The notes below the pieces were generated by a model. The model did no database searches. It was given only the letters and a program-made list of their open reading frames with translations, and had not been told where the DNA came from. Below, piece after piece: positions 27,271-33,119 of a stretch of DNA of 33,119 nucleotides. Position 1 is the first letter of the stretch; the number at the start of each line of letters is the position of its first letter. This DNA comes from Candidatus Latescibacterota bacterium. Its GTDB lineage: Bacteria; Latescibacterota; UBA2968; GCA-2709665. A program made the position numbers and the translations under genes. The DNA is taken from positions 1 through 33,119 of the forward strand of contig CAXXJS010000004.1 in NCBI GenBank assembly GCA_963662665.2. The letters run 5' to 3'.

Positions 27271-27498
27271 TCAGCGCGGTAAAGGTACCATACGCTCTCG
27301 GGCTAATTCCGCCGCGTAGTGTAGGGCAGCATGCACTCCCTCTATCGGTACTGAGGGATAACTCTTCGTAATGTCCTCCACCGTCAGACCATCGGCCAGA
27401 CAGTCCAGTACGACGGTGACCATAACCCGAGTGCCGGTAATGCAAGCCTTGCCGTGGCAAACGTCCGGCTTGCTCGATATGTAGTCTTGCCATCTCAT
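27271..27498 (-). CDS. DUF433 family antitoxin (VapB45-like)
   Basis: 'PDVCHGKACITGTRVMV..L..LADG....I...YP...V.AALHYAAEL'; AGGAGG RBS before MRWQD. Confidence 0.9.
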   Translation of the reverse strand: MRWQDYISSKPDVCHGKACITGTRVMVTVVLDCLADGLTVEDITKSYPSVPIEGVHAALHYAAELARERMVPLPR

Positions 27499-27499
27499 G

Positions 27500-27643
27500 C
27501 TAACCCTCCTGCGCATTCATTGTTATAGAGCCCAACCCCAACAGCCACAGATCATCCTGAGTGTTCGGATTGTCTATGACGGCCCGGTTCGGATTCTTCT
27601 TCGTCAGCTCGGAGACCACGTTCGTATCTAGGAGATAGCCGCT
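27500..27643 (-). pseudogene. VapC (PIN) toxin N-terminal remnant
   Basis: Not in the ORF track. Manual translation SGYLLDTNVVSELTKKNPNRAVID..NTQDDLWL..* is a typical VapC start 'YLLDTNVVSE'; start codon lost and frame ends after 47 codons. Confidence 0.8.
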
Positions 27644-27837
27644 ACGGGACGCGCGTGTGAGGGTGCCACGGTCGCAATAGCCACCGTGGCGCCATCCAGA
27701 GACATGAACTCCACCACGAAAGCTGCTTTATCGCGATGGAAGTGGATAATGGTGCCCACGTCGCCCGGTTTTAATTCTTTCCCCTCGTCACCATGAACAT
27801 CAGCGGTAAGCACGATCTGCTCATTTTCCTTGAACAC
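27628..27837 (-). CDS. DUF4926 domain protein
   Basis: 'IVLTADV....LKPGDVGTIIH....AFVVEFMSLDGATVAIATV'; AGGAGG RBS, GTG start; 3' end runs into the vapC remnant. Confidence 0.82.
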   Translation of the reverse strand: MFKENEQIVLTADVHGDEGKELKPGDVGTIIHFHRDKAAFVVEFMSLDGATVAIATVAPSHARPVAAIS

Positions 27838-27840
27838 TTC

Positions 27841-28026
27841 TCACCTCCTGCGTGGGTGCGCCGTAATGAACCTGGGATGCACACTCCCTGGGTCGACTTG
27901 CCAGACGGACCCTTTTACCGGATTACGCCCGTCCGGCGTCTCCATCCTGCCGTCCACATGATAGCGCGATCCGTATGCGGTCTCCACAACTCGGGCGACC
28001 ACACGGGATGCGGAATTAAATCTCAA
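27841..28026 (-). pseudogene. DUF6883-like protein, C-terminal half only
   Basis: 'VETAYGSRYHVDGRMETPDGRNPV..VWQVD.GS..PRFITAHP'; upstream of DUF4926; N-terminal half replaced by an hsdR 5' fragment. Confidence 0.72.
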
Positions 28027-28085
28027 TAGGCCACCTGCCAGTCAAGGGCCGCCTGCTCAACGTCGGCTTCGGTGAGGGTGGTCAT
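28023..28085 (-). pseudogene. hsdR: hsdR 5' fragment, copy B (20 codons)
   Basis: [20 protein letters not shown]; first 48 nt differ from the full hsdR start at 4 positions. Confidence 0.88.
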
Positions 28086-28092
28086 GATTTTC

Positions 28093-28305
28093 CTATGCCA
28101 ACATCAAGCCTTCGCCCTTGGGTTCCGGGATCGGGTCGCCGAATTCACGGGCCGTTTCCAGCCACAAGTCCACGGCCTGATTGATGTTCTCCAACGCCGC
28201 CTCTTGGGTATTGCCGTGGGCCGTGCACCGGGGAAGTTCGGGCACTTCGGCCACAAAGGCTCCATCTTCGTTGCTCCAGTAAATGATAATCTCGTACTTG
28301 TGCAT
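28093..28305 (-). CDS. hicB: HicB family antitoxin (short form)
   Basis: 'YEIIIYWSNEDGAFVAEVPELPRCTAHGNTQEAALEN...WLETAREFGDPIPEP'. Confidence 0.9.
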   Translation of the reverse strand: MHKYEIIIYWSNEDGAFVAEVPELPRCTAHGNTQEAALENINQAVDLWLETAREFGDPIPEPKGEGLMLA

Positions 28306-28394
28306 TACTCGCCCCCTTCGAAATGGTGTCTCAGGACGACCTGCCGTACCTGTCTTACCTGATACGGCTTGCTACCATCCCGTTGAAGGTTTAA
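28305..28394 (-). pseudogene. hicA: HicA toxin C-terminal remnant
   Basis: Not in the ORF track. Manual translation LNLQRDGSKPYQVRQVRQVVLRHHFEGGE*; TAATG overlap with hicB; N-terminal GSH-containing part absent. Confidence 0.8.
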
Positions 28395-28397
28395 CCG

Positions 28398-28565
28398 TCA
28401 CACAAGACGGCCGGCACGGGCAGGAATCCGCCCTTCAACCACGCTGACGCTGTTTATATCTATGACAGCTTCATGTTCGCCGTACAGTGCGTGAAAATGA
28501 GGCGGATTGTGGTCGCGAAAATGCAGGCGAATGCTGATGCCGTAGAATCTACAGAGTTCAGGCAT
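28398..28565 (-). pseudogene. DUF4160 family protein, 3'-truncated (55 aa)
   Basis: Not in the ORF track. Manual translation MPELCRFYGISIRLHFRDHNPPHFHALYGEHEAVIDINSVSVVEGRIPARAGRLV*; 'DHNPPHFHA' motif; the usual Trp-containing C-terminal helices are missing. Confidence 0.85.
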
Positions 28566-28803
28566 CGCGGCTCTGCATTGTCTGCTTCACGCCAGGCATC
28601 ACTTCCTCAACAGGTTTGCCGGTGAGTTGCATGTAAAGAGCGTTCGCACAGAGTTCAATGTCGTCGTCCCAGGCTATGGCTCTGTGGGAAGGCATATGCA
28701 CATTCTCGAAATATCCCGGCTCGTACCAGATTTTGAACACGCCCTTTCCGGCGAGATGAGACAGGTCAATCTCATCGGCGACGCCATCTGCATATCGAAG
28801 CCG
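28558..28803 (-). pseudogene. DUF2442 family protein, 5'-damaged
   Basis: 'RLRYADGVADEIDLSHLAGKGVFKIW..PGYFENV....AIAWDDDIELCANALY'; ATGCCTGA overlap with DUF4160; native start replaced by hsdR fragment C. Confidence 0.8.
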
Positions 28804-28840
28804 GGGCCGTCGCCTCGGCGGACTGCCTGTCGATTCGGTG

Positions 28841-28999
28841 CCGAGGCCTCCGCTCGAGCACGACCTGCCCGTAGTCCTCGCGCTCGGCATTGGGCATCAT
28901 ATCCGGCGCGATATATGGATCGTGCAGGATATGCCAGCCGAGATCCGAGAGCCACTCAAGAGCCGCCTGCTCAACGTCAGCTTTGACGAGGGTGGTCAA
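28841..28999 (-). pseudogene. hsdR: hsdR 5' fragment, copy C (about 53 codons)
   Basis: [53 protein letters not shown] aligns with [52 protein letters not shown]. Confidence 0.9.
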
Positions 29000-29736
29000 A
29001 GAGTGGTCTCGTGTTCTGTACCGGTGATGTTTGGATCCACCGAGTCCAGCGCTTCCTCGATTAGATCAAACACTAACTTGAAATGCTCAAAGTCCTGTGC
29101 AGTGCCATTCTCACAAAGCCAATCACATAAATTCGTCTTCTCACTACCGTTGACAGTCCAATTCTCAGGTATGGTAATTAGCTTACCATCCTCATCCGTG
29201 CCACTATGCTCTTCCTCGGTCCTGCTGAAAAATGCAGGTTTATGATGACGAGCTATTTCCAACGTCGATTTACTGAACAGGTTTTCGATGCCGTTTTTTA
29301 CTGGGCTTGACTCCAGCAATGGGATGGTCCGCTGCAGTAGCTTGCCTTTATCGCCGGGAGGTCTTTCGGTATCACTGTCAAACAAGAGCAATACCTGTTG
29401 GGGCAGTATCTCAGTTAGTGGTAAGATGGAGTCTTTCCATATCTTTGCTAGATTGCCTTTTCCACCACCGTACCGAACCTCGAATCTATCCAAAACCGCG
29501 TCCTTCCCAAGCAATCGCGAGGCTTCTTCTATGTACTTTTTGTCAGTTTTGCCTTCAAGGAATACAAATGGCCTTTGTGATTTCTCAATCATCGTTTGAA
29601 GGTCGTCATGGAATTTACGTGTCGAAGCAAATGCCTGATACGCATCACCAAATTCACTGAACTCTTCAGGGCTGATCTGCCGCCCTTTAGGCAACCGATA
29701 AATCAAGAAGCCATCTTCCCCAAAGACCTTGTTCAT
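28996..29736 (-). pseudogene. C-terminal TOPRIM-like nuclease half of an IS-interrupted ATPase-TOPRIM (OLD-like) gene
   Basis: 'VFLEGKTD', 'GGGKGNL', 'LLFDSD', 'GIENLF'; in frame with the ATPase half once the IS is removed. Confidence 0.78.
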
Positions 29737-29742
29737 ACCTAG

Positions 29743-31374
29743 GAGTCTGCGCCGCAGGAAAATTCATTTCAATGGACATGTAGTTGTAGGTATAATGGGT
29801 CGTGTAGTTGGTATATGTCAAGGGTATCGTTGTGTGTTATGTCAGGGGAGGGAGCGATCCATGCCGACAACGTTTCGACCGTATCACCCGGACCAGATAT
29901 TGCTGTTGGCGCCGGATCTTCGGGAGTGGGTGCCTGAAGGTCATCTGTCGCACCAGGTGAGCGATCTGGTGGATTCCCTGGATCTGGGGTCGTTCTACGC
30001 GCCCTATGAAGGCGATGGTCGTCGCAACGCGCCATATGATCCATCGATGATGTTGAAGGTATTGATCTATGGGTACGCGACGGGAGTGTATTCGTCTCGA
30101 GCGATCGCTGGGAAGCTGGAGGAGGACGTGGCGTTTCGTATGTTGGCGGCGGGCAATTTCCCACAACACCGGACGATCTGCGAGTTTCGGCGTCGTCACC
30201 TGGAAGATTTCGGGCGTTTGTTCGTGGAGGTGGTTGGTGTGGCACGGGAGATGGGCCTGGTACGTTTCGGGACGTTATCTTTAGACGGCACGAAGGTACG
30301 AGCGAAGGCCAGCAAGCGCAAGGCCATGAGTTACGAGCGGATGTTGAAGGAACAGGCTCGTCTGGAGAAAGAGATCGGGGCGTTGCTTTCGGGTGCTGTG
30401 TCGATTGATGCCGAGGAGGATGCACGTTACGGCGTGGATGTTCGTGGCGACGAGTTGCCGGTCGAGTTGCAGCGCAGGCAGGCTCGTCTGGCGGCGATCA
30501 GGGCGGCGAGGGAGCGTCTGGAAGCATCGCAACGAGCCGTCGACGATGCGCGCGGGCGCAAACCGGGTCAGAAGCGCAACCCGAAGGGCGGGCGGCCTTA
30601 CAAAAGAGCCTATGGCGAGCCCGACCCGAAGGCTCAGAGCAACTTCACGGACCCCGAGTCTCGGATCATGAAGACGAGCGCGGAGGGGTTCCAGCAGTGC
30701 TACAACGCGCAGACGGTGGTGGACGCCGAGCGTCAGATCATCGTGGCTGTGCATCTGGGGTCACAGGCCACCGATCAGGGCTTTATGCTCCCCTTGCTGG
30801 ATGGTGTGCAAGAGACATTCGGGGTCAAGCCGGACGCGGTTCTGGCGGATGCGGGCTACTGCAACGAGGAGGACCTGGCCACGCTTGAGGAGCGTGGCAT
30901 TGATGGTTACGTGGCGCTGGGGCGGGAGGGCAAGGAAAAGGTGGACGTCGATTCGGAGACGCTTCCGGCGACCCATCGCATGGGCGAGAAGCTCACCAGC
31001 CCGGAAGGTCGGGGCCTGTATGCGAAGCGCAAGTGGCTCTCGGAGGCGCCCAACGGATGGATCAAGGAGGTATTGGGCTTCCGGCGCTTCAGCTTCCGGG
31101 GGCTGGAAAAGGTGCGTGCCGAGTGGGATCTGGTCTGCCTCGCGTTGAACGTCAAGCGGATGGCAGCGTTGTCGATGTGTTGAAGCATGGGTTCGGGTGT
31201 CCTGTCCTTATGGACTCGACATACGGGAAACCACGATCCCTGGAATCTCGCCCTCAACACGCCTGCCTGCAACGATCACCGTACCCAAAACTCATCATAC
31301 CACTCCCAACATAACGACCAACCCGACTCACGGACACACCTCGCCCTTTGTAAAAACTCCTGCGGCGCAGACTC
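29743..31374 (+). mobile_element. IS1182-family insertion sequence, 1632 bp
   Basis: Perfect 17-bp terminal inverted repeats GAGTCTGCGCCGCAGGA (29743-29759) and TCCTGCGGCGCAGACTC (31358-31374); CTAG duplication at 29739-29742 and 31375-31378. Confidence 0.93.
29861..31183 (+). CDS. IS1182-family DDE transposase (440 aa)
   Basis: 'PYDPSMMLKVLIYGY..GVYSSRAI', 'SLDGTKVRA', 'NFTDPESRIM', 'YNAQ', 'LADAGY', 'RKWLSEAPNGWIK..GFRRFSFRG'; GGAG RBS. Confidence 0.92.
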   Translation: MPTTFRPYHPDQILLLAPDLREWVPEGHLSHQVSDLVDSLDLGSFYAPYEGDGRRNAPYDPSMMLKVLIYGYATGVYSSRAIAGKLEEDVAFRMLAAGNFPQHRTICEFRRRHLEDFGRLFVEVVGVAREMGLVRFGTLSLDGTKVRAKASKRKAMSYERMLKEQARLEKEIGALLSGAVSIDAEEDARYGVDVRGDELPVELQRRQARLAAIRAARERLEASQRAVDDARGRKPGQKRNPKGGRPYKRAYGEPDPKAQSNFTDPESRIMKTSAEGFQQCYNAQTVVDAERQIIVAVHLGSQATDQGFMLPLLDGVQETFGVKPDAVLADAGYCNEEDLATLEERGIDGYVALGREGKEKVDVDSETLPATHRMGEKLTSPEGRGLYAKRKWLSEAPNGWIKEVLGFRRFSFRGLEKVRAEWDLVCLALNVKRMAALSMC

Positions 31375-32512
31375 CTAGGACAAACAGAGGCGAATGAGTA
31401 GTGGCGATAAATTGAACTTTAGGGAACATCTGAATCAGTCTAGGTAGGACTTCATACTGATGTACCGTATGTAAGTGCAGATCTATCTCATCCACCAACA
31501 CAACCCCCCGTATGCTATCAGCACCTGAGAATGTCGATCCGCTCTGGTCAGAGTCGCGGAGAATGGACAAGAACAGGTTAAGTAGAGAAGTTTCCCCACT
31601 CGACAATTGGAAAATGTTGGGAACTATGGTCAGTGGGTCCGCCTCTAGTGAAACTACCCTATTATTGCGCGGCCCAATTCCAAATCTCGCATTCTGATTA
31701 TTCGTTACATTTCGAGCAACTCGAAGAGCAATTTGATATATGGTAGTCGCATTACCGGTAGGGCCCAATCGCACCGGCAATGAAACTGCCTCACCTTCAC
31801 CTGTAACTGGAAATCGTACCGGAGCAATTCGGGTCTCTAAAACAGCTTGGTCGTAAATGACACTAAACAGCCAGTTCTGGTTGTCGTGAAGCGGAGACGA
31901 CGCAATAACCTTCCGTTCAGTGGAGCCGGCAAGCTGCTTTAGGTGCATATGTTGCGCTTGCGCAGTGAGGCTTTCTTCGTTCAGCCAGGCAGGATCCTCA
32001 GAACGGTCGAACGGAAAGTACAATACGCAATTTGTAGAGAATATCTCCTTGATCTTGGTCTTCTGCGCTTCAGTGGTTGTTATGTTTGAGGCATAATGGT
32101 CGTTAGTGTTTGGTTCCATAGTTTTCCACATACTTTCGGCTCGTATCCCAGAAATTTCAATGGGGACATCGGAGTAGTCCATCTTATTTCGCCTTAGCCG
32201 CAATTCGCTGACATGCAAGCCATCCTCAAAGTCTACTCTGGCAAAGTAATGTTCATGCTCCGGCATGATATATTCACTGCTCCGAAGTTTATATACTTTC
32301 CCTGATTCTACTTCAGGGGTTTCTTGAAATGCAACTCCTTTGGCCGCGATGAGCCCATTGACAATGTGGGATAAGAGTATGCTTTTCCCTGACCCGTTTT
32401 CGCCAACCAACACTACGGGTTTTGGAATCTGTCCGTCGATGTCGAAGGGAAATTCGATATCAAGCTTCTCAATGGGTCCGTAGTTTACCAGTTGAATACG
32501 TTTCGAATACAT
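31328..32512 (-). pseudogene. N-terminal ABC/AAA ATPase half of an IS-interrupted ATPase-TOPRIM gene
   Basis: Walker A 'GENGSGKS', signature 'LSSGE', Walker B 'VLVDEIDLHLH', H-loop 'TTHSP'. Native sequence ends at 31375; the remaining codons read into the IS. Confidence 0.88.
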
Positions 32513-32557
32513 CAGAGCCCCTTATGTTTTTAACCAATATAAGCCCAATTTCTATGG

Positions 32558-32851
32558 CTACCCCTTTATCTTGCGATTAGGTACTTTTTCCAAAAAGGCC
32601 GTTTGCTGCAATTCAGACATGCTGACCGTGGTGAGGTGAAGGGTAAAATCTGGGAACGCTTCCGCTAGTGCCCGTGCAGCGCTTCCTTTCTCGAAATTCA
32701 CCTGAATCGGGCTCGCCGCTTCATAAACCAGAAGAATGTCAATGTCATTGAAGCGATTATGGCGTAGAAATGACCCGAACAGAAACACTTGGTCGAAAAA
32801 ACCAAGAGCGTCGTCGTCTAAGTTGAGGAACCCATCAAGTCGCTTGTTCAT
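32558..32851 (-). CDS. Small nucleotidyltransferase-domain protein
   Basis: 'VFLFGSFL....NDIDILLVY' GS/DxD motif; ATGA overlap with the upstream ORF. Confidence 0.78.
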   Translation of the reverse strand: MNKRLDGFLNLDDDALGFFDQVFLFGSFLRHNRFNDIDILLVYEAASPIQVNFEKGSAARALAEAFPDFTLHLTTVSMSELQQTAFLEKVPNRKIKG

Positions 32852-33117
32852 TTAATATTCCTGTGGGCAAACCGGAAGAAGTCATTCTGGCTGAAAAGGC
32901 GTACCCCAATATCCGAGGTATATTCACGTGCATCCTCACTTATGGGGGCACCGTTCCAGTTATGTAGGTTTACTACCAAGTCATCCCTCATGAGCTTCAT
33001 ATCGCTCACTTCCGAAATAGACAGTAGGTATTGGTAGCATAGCTTTATCTTGTGCCTACCGTTAAGGATCAATTCTGTCAGGTTGGCCATGTCAGAAAAC
33101 TCATACCGTATACCATT
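32848..33117 (-). CDS. Hypothetical protein, C-terminal part (frame open to window edge)
   Basis: Frame stays open upstream of the 33090 ATG (NGIRYEFSD-MANLT...); translationally coupled to the nucleotidyltransferase. Confidence 0.65.
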   Translation of the reverse strand, partial: NGIRYEFSDMANLTELILNGRHKIKLCYQYLLSISEVSDMKLMRDDLVVNLHNWNGAPISEDAREYTSDIGVRLFSQNDFFRFAHRNIK

Positions 33118-33119
33118 TT

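Noticed and set aside
29729-29860. N-terminal extension of the transposase ORF (484 aa)
   Set aside because: Starts outside the IS left end; the ATG at 29861 has an RBS and a typical N-terminus.
28996-32512. Two-gene PARIS or Gabija call
   Set aside because: The halves rejoin in frame as one gene after IS removal; no GajB helicase present.
32558-32851. CBASS cyclase (CD-NTase)
   Set aside because: At 97 aa it is far too short and lacks the C-terminal lobe.

Overview
GC-rich bacterial window with two parts. The gene content (WD40/dockerin-like surface protein, two PhyH-like oxygenases, TAXI-TRAP transporter, PQQ-like propeller) resembles Latescibacterota/Poribacteria-type genomes; this is an inference. 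Left part (1-22.8 kb) is mostly metabolic and transport genes: ABC ATPase end plus a 1106-aa FtsX/MacB-type permease, a PQQ-like beta-propeller, a TAXI-TRAP transporter, an inserted RHH/PIN toxin-antitoxin (TA) pair, a lactonase / CoA-transferase / carboxyltransferase operon, a PhyH-like oxygenase with HGG instead of HxD, a TIM-barrel isomerase, a HAD hydrolase, a 1479-aa metzincin-WD40-Ig-WD40-dockerin-like protein and a canonical PhyH. Right part (22.9-33.1 kb, minus strand) is a decaying defence island around a C-terminally truncated type I restriction subunit gene, hsdR. The hsdR 5' end occurs three times in diverged form, each copy placed directly after the stop of a different accessory gene. 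Between the copies lie five TA-type modules or remnants (DUF2442/DUF4160, hicAB, DUF6883/DUF4926, a vapC fragment, DUF433/DUF5615), in which most toxins are broken. Upstream is a lower-GC unit of unknown ORF, nucleotidyltransferase and ATPase-TOPRIM gene; the last is split in frame by an IS1182 element (17-bp inverted repeats, CTAG duplication). No rRNA, tRNA or CRISPR array was seen. Family names come from motif recognition by eye, not database searches.
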